From Halobacteriovoraceae bacterium (GTDB taxonomy: Bacteria; Bdellovibrionota; Bacteriovoracia; Bacteriovoracales; Bacteriovoracaceae), in the NCBI GenBank assembly GCA_963719505.1, contig CAVRCF010000002.1:373323-437322 (forward strand): a stretch of DNA of 64,000 nt. The letters run 5' to 3'. A program made the position numbers and the translations under genes. Position 1 is the first letter of the stretch. Each line of letters opens with the position of its first letter. Of this stretch, positions 38,195-48,359 are shown one piece after another. Below the pieces are notes generated by a model. That model saw only the letters and a program-made list of their open reading frames with translations, was not told the origin of the DNA and made no database searches.

Positions 38195-39123
38195 TGGGAC
38201 ATTTAAAAAAGGGTTGGTGGCACAATGATGACGTTGCCACAAGTGATGAATCAGGTGCATTTAAAAGAGAAGAAAGTAGCTTTAGAAATTCTATAGAAAG
38301 TGATGGAACGTTCAAGCCAGAAAAGGATCGCTATCACTTATACGTTAGTTACGCTTGTCCATGGGCTCAGAGGACTCTTATTGCCCGAAAAATTAAAGGA
38401 CTTGAAAGTATTATCGGAGTAGGCGTCGTTCACCCAGAAATGTTGGAAAATAGCTGGACTTTCAAGGACGACTTTGAAGGTGCGACAGGGGATGACCTCT
38501 ATGGTTTAAAGTATCTTTATGAACTTTACCAAAAAGCAGAAGAAAATGTGACAACAAAAGTTACTGTACCCGTATTATGGGACAAGAAACTCAAAAAAAT
38601 CGTAAATAACGAATCAAGTGAAATTATAAGAATCTTTAACTCTGGATTCGACTCTCTCGCCCAAGGTGATATAGATCTTTATCCGACTGATTATCAAAAA
38701 GAAATCGATGAAGTTAATGAGCTGGTCTACGAGAATATTAATAACGGAGTTTATAAAACCGGTTTTGCAAAAAATCAAAAAGCTTATGAGGAGTCGTTTA
38801 ACTCATTATTCTCTGCACTCGATAAAATAGAAAGTCGCCTTGAAGGGGCTAATTATTTAGTGGGTGATAGACTTACTGAGGCTGATATCAGATTAGTAAC
38901 AACACTTTTAAGGTTTGATATCGTCTACTTTGGTCATTTTAAATGTAATAAGAAAAGAATAACTGATTACAAAAATATTTCAAGTTACACTCGAAGACTT
39001 TTTGAAATGAATGAGATTAAAGAGACGACAAACTTTGAACATATAAAGAGACATTACTACTATTCTCACGACTTTATAAACCCTTATAGAATCGTTCCTC
39101 TTGGGCCTGAGAAGTTAATATAA
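38194..39123 (+). CDS. yqjG: Glutathionyl-hydroquinone reductase (YqjG-like GST)
   Basis: RYHLYVSYACPWA, VTVPVLWDK, NNESSEI, INNGVYK.GFA and HIKRHYYYSH. Confidence 0.9.
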   Translation: MGHLKKGWWHNDDVATSDESGAFKREESSFRNSIESDGTFKPEKDRYHLYVSYACPWAQRTLIARKIKGLESIIGVGVVHPEMLENSWTFKDDFEGATGDDLYGLKYLYELYQKAEENVTTKVTVPVLWDKKLKKIVNNESSEIIRIFNSGFDSLAQGDIDLYPTDYQKEIDEVNELVYENINNGVYKTGFAKNQKAYEESFNSLFSALDKIESRLEGANYLVGDRLTEADIRLVTTLLRFDIVYFGHFKCNKKRITDYKNISSYTRRLFEMNEIKETTNFEHIKRHYYYSHDFINPYRIVPLGPEKLI

Positions 39124-39129
39124 TTATTA

Positions 39130-40497
39130 ATGATAAAAGCTGACAGAATAGAGACGATTCAAGAAAGAGAAATAAAAGATGAAACTCAATATGTCTTGTA
39201 CATTATGGATAAAGCTCAACGTATACGTGGGAATCAAGCTCTCGCTTTTGCCGTTGATTTAGCAAATAAAGAAGAGAAGAAACTTATTGTTGTTCATTTT
39301 GTAAATTTGGAAAAATCCAACGTCCTACGAGATCGATTTTACTTAGAAGGGTTAAAGGAAGTTTCAGATGCTCTAGAGGAAAAAGGTATTAAATTTTTGA
39401 CTTTCAATCAAGAATACGGAAAGTTAGAGAAGAAAATCAAACGTCGCACCGGCGCTATCGTAACTGATAAAGGATACCTAAAAGAAGATGTCAAAAAAAG
39501 ACAGAGACTTTATAAAAACTGTGAAGTAAGTCTTTTCGAAGTAGAGACGTCTCTTGTTGTACCGCCAAAAGTTGCAACTGATAAAAGAGAATATGCAGCA
39601 AGAACGATTAGACCTAAATTAAAGAAAATATATCAGGGCCATCTCCATTTAGTAAAAATAAATAACGTTAATGCTAAATCTCTAAACGCCCAAGTTTCTG
39701 GTGACTTCGATGTGAGCTTAAAAACCGACAATCTTTTGAAAAAGGTTGGTTACAAAAATGAAGAGGTAAAGAAAAAGCCCTTGTTCACAGGAGGATACAC
39801 ACAAGCCTCCAGCCAATTAACCAGTTTTATAAGAAGCTCTCTCGATTCCTACGCTCAGGAGAGGCAAAATGTTTTATCTGATGATGGACAAAGCTTTTTA
39901 TCCGCCTACCTCGCTTTTGGACAGATATCTCCTATAGAGGTGATTTCTAAAGTTGAAAATGCTAGAGCCGCGAACCATAAGGGAAGAAAAGCTTTTGTGG
40001 AGGAATTACTGACAAGAAGGGAGTTGGCTTTCAATTTTGTCTCTTTTGAATCGAACTACGACGATTTTAATTGCTTGCCAGATTGGTGCGTTAAAACATT
40101 GGACGAGCATAAAAGTGATAAGAGGGAGCCCAAGTACTCTAAAAATGAATTTGATAATGCACAGACTCATGATGACCTTTGGAATTATTGTATGATGAAA
40201 ATCCAAAAGACAGGTTATCTGCACAATGCTCTTAGAATGTATTGGGGAAAAAAGGTCTTGGAATGGGGAAGCTCTCCTAGCTATTCATATAATATCTTAA
40301 TCGAGCTTAATAATAAGTACTTTTTGGATGGAAATGATCCCAACTCCTATACAAATGTTCTCTGGTGCTTCGGTTTACACGATAGAGCTTGGGGAGAAAG
40401 AAAAATTTATGGTAAAGTTAGGTCGCATTCAAAAAAAAGCGCAATGAAAAAGATCGGAAAAGAAGAAGGTCTTGGAAAACTTCAGGAGAATCTATAA
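39130..40497 (+). CDS. Class II CPD DNA photolyase
   Basis: EYAARTIRPK, S.YL.FGQIS, EEL..RREL..NF, RMYWGKK, DGNDPNSY and HDRAWGER.IYGKVR. Confidence 0.85.
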   Translation: MIKADRIETIQEREIKDETQYVLYIMDKAQRIRGNQALAFAVDLANKEEKKLIVVHFVNLEKSNVLRDRFYLEGLKEVSDALEEKGIKFLTFNQEYGKLEKKIKRRTGAIVTDKGYLKEDVKKRQRLYKNCEVSLFEVETSLVVPPKVATDKREYAARTIRPKLKKIYQGHLHLVKINNVNAKSLNAQVSGDFDVSLKTDNLLKKVGYKNEEVKKKPLFTGGYTQASSQLTSFIRSSLDSYAQERQNVLSDDGQSFLSAYLAFGQISPIEVISKVENARAANHKGRKAFVEELLTRRELAFNFVSFESNYDDFNCLPDWCVKTLDEHKSDKREPKYSKNEFDNAQTHDDLWNYCMMKIQKTGYLHNALRMYWGKKVLEWGSSPSYSYNILIELNNKYFLDGNDPNSYTNVLWCFGLHDRAWGERKIYGKVRSHSKKSAMKKIGKEEGLGKLQENL

Positions 40498-41270
40498 TGA
40501 AAGTACTACTTTTAATAAGTCTTTTGTCAACGATGGCAGTGGCAAAAAGTAAAATTCAGTGGCTTGGTCAAGCAGCGACTTTGATCACCACAAATGAGGG
40601 TAAAACAATATTGATTGATCCTTTTATCTATAACAACCCAAAAACGCCAAAAAAGTTTAAGGATGATAAGCTGTATAAAAACATTGATATTGTTCTCATC
40701 ACGCACGGTCATGGAGATCATCTTGGAAGTTTCAAAAAAATAATCGAACTCTCTCCAAAAGCTAAAATTAGCATGAATGCAGATCTTGCAAAAGTGATGA
40801 TGGCAAAAAAACAGTTCGCAAGTGAACGATATATTCCTTTGAATAAATCAGGCAAAATGAATCCCTTCAATGATAAGACTGAGATATCTATGGTCAGAGC
40901 TGAACACAGTTCAGCAGTTGAGCTGGACGGTGGAGTTCACTACGGAGGGGAGCCCGTGGGCTATATTGTTAAGTTTTCAAATGGAAAGACTTTCTATCAT
41001 GCAGGTGACACGGGAGTCTTTGGTGATATGAAACTAATTGGAGAGTACTACGACGTAGATACAGCTTTTATTCCAATCGGTGGTAGTTATACTATGGGAC
41101 CAAAAGAGGCAGCATTTGCTGTGGATAGTCTGATTAAGCCAAAGAGAGTTGTTCCTATTCACTATGGAACCTTTCCTGCTCTAAAGGGAACCCCTGAGCA
41201 ATTTAAATCATTTTTAAAATCAAAAAAGAAACTCAAGGTCATTGAGCCTGGTGAAAGTGTGAGGTTGTAA
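40497..41270 (+). CDS. Metal-dependent hydrolase (UPF0173, MBL fold) with signal peptide
   Basis: IDPF, THGHGDH, YHAGDT, PIGG.YTMGP.EA and PIHYGTFP. Confidence 0.85.
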   Translation: MKVLLLISLLSTMAVAKSKIQWLGQAATLITTNEGKTILIDPFIYNNPKTPKKFKDDKLYKNIDIVLITHGHGDHLGSFKKIIELSPKAKISMNADLAKVMMAKKQFASERYIPLNKSGKMNPFNDKTEISMVRAEHSSAVELDGGVHYGGEPVGYIVKFSNGKTFYHAGDTGVFGDMKLIGEYYDVDTAFIPIGGSYTMGPKEAAFAVDSLIKPKRVVPIHYGTFPALKGTPEQFKSFLKSKKKLKVIEPGESVRL

Positions 41271-41500
41271 TGAAAGAAGAACTACTAAGTGATCAAAAGA
41301 AAAAAGTCATTGATAAAATCATATCGGAGCTTAGTCAGTCAGACCCACAGCTTTACTACACTGATTCAAGTTCAGTTGCATCGATTGTCAAAGACTATAT
41401 CGACGATAAAAAACTAGAGCGTGGGCATTACGAAATGGTCAAGGATATGAGTGCTCATGATATTCAAATGCTCATGAGCTTCAAATCAAACTGTTGCTAA
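41270..41500 (+). CDS. Small hypothetical protein
   Basis: TAATG-coupled to the upstream gene; GAGG RBS. Confidence 0.55.
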   Translation: MKEELLSDQKKKVIDKIISELSQSDPQLYYTDSSSVASIVKDYIDDKKLERGHYEMVKDMSAHDIQMLMSFKSNCC

Positions 41501-44424
41501 ATTCTTTCTCTTAAAATAACGAGACCACTTTCGATTTGAAAATAGTCCCAATGATCTAGTTCGAAAGCTGTCTCAAAGTATGCGCTAGAATCGTCAAGCG
41601 AATAATCTTTGTAGGTATTTGCGATAGTTGTTTGACCTTGCCTAAAATATCTAAATCCTTCACTCTCAGTGAAGTAGAAAATGTCCAAAGCATCAGTTGA
41701 TGTCCCACAGTTTGGCCTGGATGGGATACTAACTTTACAACTCGTTGTAAGTTTAGTTTTATCAAGATCAATGCGAACATTACTTGATACATCGAGCTGG
41801 AAATAATCTTGAACACCCTTTTCGTCAGCTTTTACCCAGCTTGAAAAGTATCCATCAAAGCTATACAGGCTGACATCTTCTTTTGGATTGAGATTATTTA
41901 AATCTACTCCATCAAACAAGAAGTAATTTGTTTTCGAATCTAAATAATCTTCAATTAAAATATTTCCTTGTGTCTCATAAAGATCAAAGTAATTTGTAGA
42001 TGTATAAACTTCTTCTAAAGAGCATCCATTGAGCTTATAAAGTGTTTGTCTTTCTCCTTGCTCGGATGATATTCCTATATAACCATTTGAAAGAATTTCA
42101 TTGATATAGCTTACTTCCTCTACTTTTATTTTGCATGCTGTTGAGTTTGTAAAATTGAAGACGTTTAAATTCTCATTTTCATCAAGGTAGTAGAGACTAT
42201 TACCTTTTCTCTTTGTCGTCACATACTGAGTTGATTCTATCTGGTGTATTTTTAGGACTCCGTTGTCAGTGTAGTATACGTTATAAAATAAACCCGATCT
42301 GTTTGAAAAAACAGAGTCTTCGTTCTTGGTGATTATATATTGACCGACATCAAGATCACTTCCATAACTAGATGATTGCCCTAAGTTAACTGTCTGGTCG
42401 AACTTGAGAGCAGTAACATCGTAGATATTGATCTCCGATTCATATGTATCTGTTGATTGATCAGTCAGTGCTAAGTGGGTTGAGCCGATAGAATTTAAGT
42501 TCATTGAACCGTATTTCAACGTGAGCTGATCCATTACTCCGCCGTACTTATTCATTAGGATGATGGTTTTCTTGTCTTGAACGATCACAAAGCCCAAAAG
42601 CCGATTAACCAAAAGGATTTTCATCTGAGGAGCAAGTGTTACTCTTTTGTTTGTCGTCATATCCACAAAAGACCTTTCAACTAGAAGATGATTTTTATCT
42701 ATTTCAATGATCTTTTTTGCCTTAACCACTTTATCTTTTGTGAGATCTTGTACTTGCTCTCCGCTTCTCGATTCTAAATAAGGTGCAGAAAGAAAATAGG
42801 GAAGTTTCTTCATCTTTTGATTAAGTGCTTTATTACTAAAGTTAATGTTGAATTGCTCTTGTATATAGCTACTTGCTAAAAGGAGCTTGTGTCTATTTTG
42901 AGAATCAAATTTATAAGTATTAAAGTCTTTAAAGTTCTGTGTTCCCTCTGCGCAGTTTGAAGGAGTACAAAAATGACTTAAGGCTATCAGATCGTCTCTT
43001 TTACCAAGAAATGAAATAAAACGTTTCTCTAGTGAAGTTAGCATTGCAGCTCCACTCGTTGCCCATCTTTCTTCAATAGAGTCGTCGGGATGATTAGACA
43101 GAGTGTAGTGGTTAAACATCTGCTCATAAGTCTTTAGTGACTTTACAGTGCCTAAAACTTCAAACGTTTCACTAGATAAATTCTTCTCGAACAGACTTGG
43201 TAGGTGAGGGTCAAAACTTGATAAGTTTTGCGCCAAATCTCGTCCTGTTTTAAAAGCTGCTGTTATTCTTTTATCTCTTGTTGGAGTCGAATGCTCTTCA
43301 TAGTTAAAAGTTCCTTCGCTACAGTCATTCACCTTACAAAAATTATGACCAAGATTGACGACTGCAATTCTTTGGTTCAACATATTTTTAATAGAAGAGA
43401 TGGTTTTAATGACTAATCTTTTGGGATCAAAAGAGATGCCAAGCCTTTTTATAAGAGCAATTGTAAAGCTGTTCTCGCCGTCCAAAAATTCATCCTCATA
43501 CTGTTCTAGAGAATAAAGTGGCATTTTATCTTTGTCGATAAGAGACCATTTCCCATTTTTAAAAACTGGCCACCTCATTCTGAAGAGTCCTCCATAGTCT
43601 CTACCTGTCATACTAGAATCAACCATGACTTCTTCAAAGAGCTTTCTTACTTTTGCAGGAACTGTCGAAGATAGTTTCCAGATTGGAGCCGCTTCTATTT
43701 GATTGTAGTCAATCTTACTAATAATCATCGTATGTCCACCATCAAGGTGAATGGTACCGACAAGAAAGGTCTCTTTTGAAAGCTCGATAGGGTATCCGTC
43801 AATGTTTAACGTGCCAGTGTAAACATGTTTCATGAGATAGTTGAGAGCTGTCGTAAAGAGCTCATCTTCATACCAATTATCCGCGCGTTTTAAATTTAAC
43901 CATTCTTTTTTCATGGACTCATGAGAGAAAATAATATGAGATCCAGCGAGTGTATTGGCAACTGGCAGTGAATTGATTCTGGCATAAATCCATCGCAAGG
44001 CAAATGCCACATCGGCACAATCTGTGGAGAGGTTATATTTTATAAAGAAATCTTCGTTAAACTCCAGCTCAACCCATTTTGAAAATGCTTTTTCCCACTC
44101 TAGGTCCCATTCGTTTTTTGGAGTCCAAAGAACAGCCCTTTTGGTTTCTGATTCTACATTTTCAAATTGCTCTGACTTTAAATTTACAAAATGCTTTGAT
44201 GAAATATAGGATTTTTTGAAAGTGTCTCGGTCTTTCTTGTTGAGAAATATTTTTCTTAAAATTAGGTTCTGTAATTCACCTTTTGGAACTTGAATATGAT
44301 CGACAAAAAATGATCCATTTTCTTCGTAGCTCAAAATAATGTTTTGTGTTTTTACACCATTGAATTTTTGTATGGTTGATGAAAAAACGGGGAAGCAAAG
44401 CATTAGTGCAATTAAAATTTTCAT
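41497..44424 (-). CDS. Large secreted protein: N-terminal papain/NlpC-like Cys-His domain and beta-rich C-terminus
   Basis: Signal peptide; TDCAD and GGHT.II; two C...C.EGT repeats; propeller-like C-terminal half. Confidence 0.55.
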   Translation of the reverse strand: MKILIALMLCFPVFSSTIQKFNGVKTQNIILSYEENGSFFVDHIQVPKGELQNLILRKIFLNKKDRDTFKKSYISSKHFVNLKSEQFENVESETKRAVLWTPKNEWDLEWEKAFSKWVELEFNEDFFIKYNLSTDCADVAFALRWIYARINSLPVANTLAGSHIIFSHESMKKEWLNLKRADNWYEDELFTTALNYLMKHVYTGTLNIDGYPIELSKETFLVGTIHLDGGHTMIISKIDYNQIEAAPIWKLSSTVPAKVRKLFEEVMVDSSMTGRDYGGLFRMRWPVFKNGKWSLIDKDKMPLYSLEQYEDEFLDGENSFTIALIKRLGISFDPKRLVIKTISSIKNMLNQRIAVVNLGHNFCKVNDCSEGTFNYEEHSTPTRDKRITAAFKTGRDLAQNLSSFDPHLPSLFEKNLSSETFEVLGTVKSLKTYEQMFNHYTLSNHPDDSIEERWATSGAAMLTSLEKRFISFLGKRDDLIALSHFCTPSNCAEGTQNFKDFNTYKFDSQNRHKLLLASSYIQEQFNINFSNKALNQKMKKLPYFLSAPYLESRSGEQVQDLTKDKVVKAKKIIEIDKNHLLVERSFVDMTTNKRVTLAPQMKILLVNRLLGFVIVQDKKTIILMNKYGGVMDQLTLKYGSMNLNSIGSTHLALTDQSTDTYESEINIYDVTALKFDQTVNLGQSSSYGSDLDVGQYIITKNEDSVFSNRSGLFYNVYYTDNGVLKIHQIESTQYVTTKRKGNSLYYLDENENLNVFNFTNSTACKIKVEEVSYINEILSNGYIGISSEQGERQTLYKLNGCSLEEVYTSTNYFDLYETQGNILIEDYLDSKTNYFLFDGVDLNNLNPKEDVSLYSFDGYFSSWVKADEKGVQDYFQLDVSSNVRIDLDKTKLTTSCKVSIPSRPNCGTSTDALDIFYFTESEGFRYFRQGQTTIANTYKDYSLDDSSAYFETAFELDHWDYFQIESGLVILRERI

Positions 44425-44527
44425 AAGTCCTCGATGTCATTTAAAGAGGTCTTGTCTAATATTTTTAAATGCTTGTCTTGCTTCCCTGTATTATTTACTT
44501 TGTTAAGTAGTATTTAAGTTAGCGTTT

Positions 44528-44962
44528 TTACTTTAAGAGATTTGCTGTCAGATTAATTTCAGTTTTAAATAACTTACTGATAGGGCAGTTCTCCTTAGCT
44601 TTCGTTGCTAGCTCATGAAAGTTTTTCTCATCAATCTTACCAATTTTCGCATCAAGCTTTAGGTCTATTCTTGAAATACTAAAAGCATCGTCGATTTTTT
44701 CAAGGGTAACAGTGGCTTGTGTATTTAAATCGTCTGCAGTGAAGTCAGACTCAACTAAAATTTTAGAAAATGCCATTGTAAAACAGCTTGCGTGAGCTGC
44801 TCCAATTAACTCCTCTGGATTGGTTCCAGCTTTATCTTCGAATCTAGTATTAAACCCGTATGGTTGATTCTCAAAAGCTCCACTTTGAAGTGAGATCGTT
44901 CCTTTTCCTTCTTTTAACCCTCCTGTCCACTGGGCTTTTGCACTTTTTGTAATTTTCATCAT
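44528..44962 (-). CDS. osmC: OsmC peroxiredoxin
   Basis: W.G.LKEGKG, GTNPEELIGAAHASCF.MA and AKENCPISK. Confidence 0.9.
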   Translation of the reverse strand: MMKITKSAKAQWTGGLKEGKGTISLQSGAFENQPYGFNTRFEDKAGTNPEELIGAAHASCFTMAFSKILVESDFTADDLNTQATVTLEKIDDAFSISRIDLKLDAKIGKIDEKNFHELATKAKENCPISKLFKTEINLTANLLK

Positions 44963-45067
44963 TGCTCCTTGTTGATAGTTTTGATGGTCATTATCACAGA
45001 TACCTTGGAAGAATCACTCTAGGTTTGATATAAAAACTGTGAAGTTATTTTTACAAAAGGAAATAAA

Positions 45068-45571
45068 GTGGAAAGACCTGAGTTTATAAAGAATGTTGAG
45101 AGCCTTGTGTCCAATAGCAGCTTCTCTTATCCTGGAGATAACGAGACATTTGGAACCGGAGCGGCCATCGGTTCACTGTTAGGACTAAAGAAGATCGCTA
45201 TCAATTACGAAATCCTTCAACCTGGAGATAGGACTTCTTGGCCTCATGCCCATAGCGTTGAGGAGGAGTTTATTTACGTCTTAGAGGGGAAACCCGAGGC
45301 TTGGATTAACGGGGAGATATTCCCCTTAATAAGCGGTGATTGTGTTGCACTTCCAGCAGGAACTAATCTGGCCCATAGTGTCCTAAACAATTCACAAGAG
45401 GTGGTAAAGCTAATCGTCGTTGGTCAACAAAAAGTTCTGACCGATAAAATCTACTATCCTCTACATCCTGAGCGAAATCTCCAGATGAAAAAGGATGGGC
45501 ATTTTTGGGACAATAGGCCAAAAGTGCAAATGGGATCTCATGACGGAATGACCAATTTAAAGAGAAAATAG
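45068..45571 (+). CDS. Cupin domain protein
   Basis: PHAHSVEEEFIYVLEG and PAGT..AH. Confidence 0.85.
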   Translation: MERPEFIKNVESLVSNSSFSYPGDNETFGTGAAIGSLLGLKKIAINYEILQPGDRTSWPHAHSVEEEFIYVLEGKPEAWINGEIFPLISGDCVALPAGTNLAHSVLNNSQEVVKLIVVGQQKVLTDKIYYPLHPERNLQMKKDGHFWDNRPKVQMGSHDGMTNLKRK

Positions 45572-45736
45572 AGGATATTTCTACCTAAAAGGGTCAAAAA
45601 TTGCTGATACATGTCTTTGTAATTACGTATTTTTTGTTTATTTCCCTTCTTTTGGTATACTTCCAAGCAGAAAACCGTTACAACATAAGTATCAAATTAA
45701 AAGCATAGGTTGATTTATGCTAAACAAGGAAAATGA

Positions 45737-45931
45737 ATGAACACAGGTAAAGTAAAGTTTTTTAATGAAACAAAAGGTTTCGGTTTTATTACTCCAGACA
45801 ATGGTGACAAAGATCTATTTGTTCACATCTCAGCTGTAGAAAGCGGTGATCTTAGAGATGACGACAAAGTAGAATTTGAAATTGGTGAAGGTCAAAAAGG
45901 ACCTTGTGCAGTTCAAGTTAGAAAAATATAA
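45737..45931 (+). CDS. Cold-shock protein
   Basis: [22 protein letters not shown] and KGPCA. Confidence 0.95.
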   Translation: MNTGKVKFFNETKGFGFITPDNGDKDLFVHISAVESGDLRDDDKVEFEIGEGQKGPCAVQVRKI

Positions 45932-45960
45932 TTAGTAAAATATATATTTTTTTGTAAGAG

Positions 45961-45988
45961 AAGGGAGTCTAAAGACTCCCTTTTTTTA
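45961..45988 (+). terminator. Intrinsic terminator after the csp gene
   Basis: AAGGGAGTCT/AGACTCCCTT hairpin followed by a T-tract. Confidence 0.85.
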
Positions 45989-46025
45989 TGGGCAATTTTA
46001 AAGGTTTAATGGCGAGGAGAGCAAA

Positions 46026-47021
46026 GTAAAAATTTATGCCGTAGGTGGATCAGTAAGAGATAGACTTTTAGGCCACACTCCAATGGATAAAGATTTTGTT
46101 GTCGTGGACTCATCTCAAAAAGAGCTTGAGAGTTTGGGGTTTATGAAGGTTGGAAAATCCCACGATGTCTATTTGCACCCAAAAACAAAAGAAGAGTATA
46201 CTCTTGCTGTTAATAACTCTCTTTATGAAGAATTACAAAGACGAGACCTAACAATAAACTCAATTGCTGTAGACCAAAAAACTGGTGAGTTCTTCGACCC
46301 TTTGGGTGGAAGAAAAGATATTAGCCTCAAGGTTCTACGTCACAATCCATTTTTCGATACTGACCCTGTAAGAGTTTTGCGTTTGATGAGATTTAAAGCA
46401 AGGCTTGAGGGTTTTAAGGTTGCAGCTCAGACGCAAATTTTTGTAGACGGCCTCTTAAAAAATAGCTCTTTATTTACTGGGATTTCTGAACAGAGAATTT
46501 CGAATGAGCTGATAAAGGGTTTTAATTCTAATGACACGAATAGTTTCATCTCTGAAATTGATAAAAGTCATGTTTTGGATCTTCTTTATCATGAAAAAGT
46601 GAATCTTTCATTAGTTCAAAGCCACTTAGAATTTTCTTTAAATGAAAAAGTGGCATTGTGCTTTTTTCATAATAGGCCTCGAACAATAGAAAACTTTCTT
46701 GAAAAATTCTTGTTCCCAAAAGAGTCTGTCTCACTTTGTTTAGATTTAAAGAGGGTCTTGGATCTAGATATAAAGGATAGTGAAGTAGAGCTTCTTTCAC
46801 TTCTAGAAACGATGAGATGGAGTGAAAGTGATGGGCGTTTTGACCGAGTCCTCAGCTGTCTGGAGAAGATGGGGGAGTTGACAAAAGTCACCGAGCTTGA
46901 AAATGCGAGGAAAGCTTTAAAAGGTATCGATTATAAAGAAGTTATCCAAAATGACGTCCATAAAGATGCCAAAAAGGCTATTGAGATTGCTAAATTTCAA
47001 GCTCTTAGAAGACTTGTCTAG
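46026..47021 (+). CDS. Class II tRNA nucleotidyltransferase (CCA family, short form)
   Basis: Frame extends upstream of the listed ORF: KIYAVGGSVRDRLLG..PMDKDFVVV; also RRDLTINSIA, DPLGG..D and DPVRVLR..RF. Confidence 0.8.
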   Translation, partial: VKIYAVGGSVRDRLLGHTPMDKDFVVVDSSQKELESLGFMKVGKSHDVYLHPKTKEEYTLAVNNSLYEELQRRDLTINSIAVDQKTGEFFDPLGGRKDISLKVLRHNPFFDTDPVRVLRLMRFKARLEGFKVAAQTQIFVDGLLKNSSLFTGISEQRISNELIKGFNSNDTNSFISEIDKSHVLDLLYHEKVNLSLVQSHLEFSLNEKVALCFFHNRPRTIENFLEKFLFPKESVSLCLDLKRVLDLDIKDSEVELLSLLETMRWSESDGRFDRVLSCLEKMGELTKVTELENARKALKGIDYKEVIQNDVHKDAKKAIEIAKFQALRRLV

Positions 47022-47093
47022 ATAGATTTTCCAAACTTGATTTACATCTTTGGTTTTTGGACGTATCACTAGCAAATATTAATATTTAAGGAG

Positions 47094-47519
47094 ATGTTTA
47101 TGAAGTTTTTACTTATTGCTCTTAGCCTTGTTTCGACTTTTGCCTTTGCTAATGAGGGTAACTTGAATATGTATTACACAGGATTTGAAGGCGGAAATAG
47201 AGTTTTCCTTTCATGTGACTATGCAGAGGGACAAACAAGATTTGTTCTCGAAAAACTAGGTGCAAAAAATATTAGAACAAATTGTTTTGGTGGAATTCAG
47301 TTTGGGAGTATGAGTCCAGTTTCACTTAGAGCGACATATTCAACTGATGATTCAAGAGTTGGAGAGATTGTTGATCTTAAAAACTGGAATGGAAACTGCT
47401 TCTTTGAGACAGCTCTGGTAGAGGAGATCCTTAGAGACTTTCCAATTTCAGAACTTTTAAGAGAAAGAGGGCATTGTTTTAGAAATGACTCTTCGTATCA
47501 TTACCAAATAAAATTATAG
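47094..47519 (+). CDS. Secreted hypothetical protein with four Cys
   Basis: Signal peptide; AAGGAG RBS. Confidence 0.6.
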   Translation: MFMKFLLIALSLVSTFAFANEGNLNMYYTGFEGGNRVFLSCDYAEGQTRFVLEKLGAKNIRTNCFGGIQFGSMSPVSLRATYSTDDSRVGEIVDLKNWNGNCFFETALVEEILRDFPISELLRERGHCFRNDSSYHYQIKL

Positions 47520-47529
47520 ATATTCGCAC

Positions 47530-47545
47530 GCCCCTGAAAAGGGGC
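47530..47545 (+). terminator. Probable intrinsic terminator
   Basis: GCCCCT-GAAA-AGGGGC hairpin after the stop. Confidence 0.55.
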
Positions 47546-47647
47546 TTGTGATTAATTTTTCTTAACATCTTTTCTCGTCGTCCTGTGCAAACTTTCACCT
47601 TGAATTTTTTATAAGACAAAGACTGTTTTTTACAATAAATTGTCTCC

Positions 47648-48277
47648 ATGAAATATTTGTTATCTTTGCTAATTCCGTTTTTCTCCGCATGCTCGATTTT
47701 TGGCGTCAATGATACTGAACAGATTCCTTATGAAGTATTACTCTCTGAAGATAAAAAAGAGATAAGATTATATAAACCGTTTATTAAAGCTCAGGTAGAG
47801 CTTCCTGGAAAGATGAATGAATCTAGGGACGATAGTTTTAAAATACTAGCAGACTATATTTTTGGTAAAAATGAGCTTCAGTCAAAGATTTCTATGACAA
47901 GTCCAGTCGTTGTTAAAAGTGATGAACAGAAGAGCAAGAAGATCGCGATGACTTCTCCTGTGATCGTTAATGAGAGTAAGAATAAAACTCAGATGTTTTT
48001 TAAGATGCCAGCTAAGTATACTTTGGAGTCACTCCCAAGGCCAAAAGACAAGAGAATAGAGATCTCCACAGAAGAAGAAAAAATCTATGCTGTCATAACT
48101 TACTCTGGAAGTTGGGATGAGGATGACTTTCAGAAGAAAGAAGAAGAGCTCAAAAGCTGGGTTAATAGTCTTGGGGAGTATAAAGTAGATTCCGTCGCAA
48201 AGTATGCAGGTTACAATCCTCCATGGACACTTCCTTGGTTTAGAAAAAATGAAGTCCTTTTAGAAATATCAAAGTAA
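47648..48277 (+). CDS. SOUL heme-binding family lipoprotein
   Basis: Lipobox FSAC; EIRLY, F..LADYIFG.N, MTSPV twice and YNPPWTLPWFRKNEV. Confidence 0.85.
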   Translation: MKYLLSLLIPFFSACSIFGVNDTEQIPYEVLLSEDKKEIRLYKPFIKAQVELPGKMNESRDDSFKILADYIFGKNELQSKISMTSPVVVKSDEQKSKKIAMTSPVIVNESKNKTQMFFKMPAKYTLESLPRPKDKRIEISTEEEKIYAVITYSGSWDEDDFQKKEEELKSWVNSLGEYKVDSVAKYAGYNPPWTLPWFRKNEVLLEISK

Positions 48278-48359
48278 AATCTAGAAAAATCTGACATCTG
48301 TGTCCATTCGTCATCCTGCGTGATAGTAAATATATAATTACTATTGAGAGGTTGAATTT

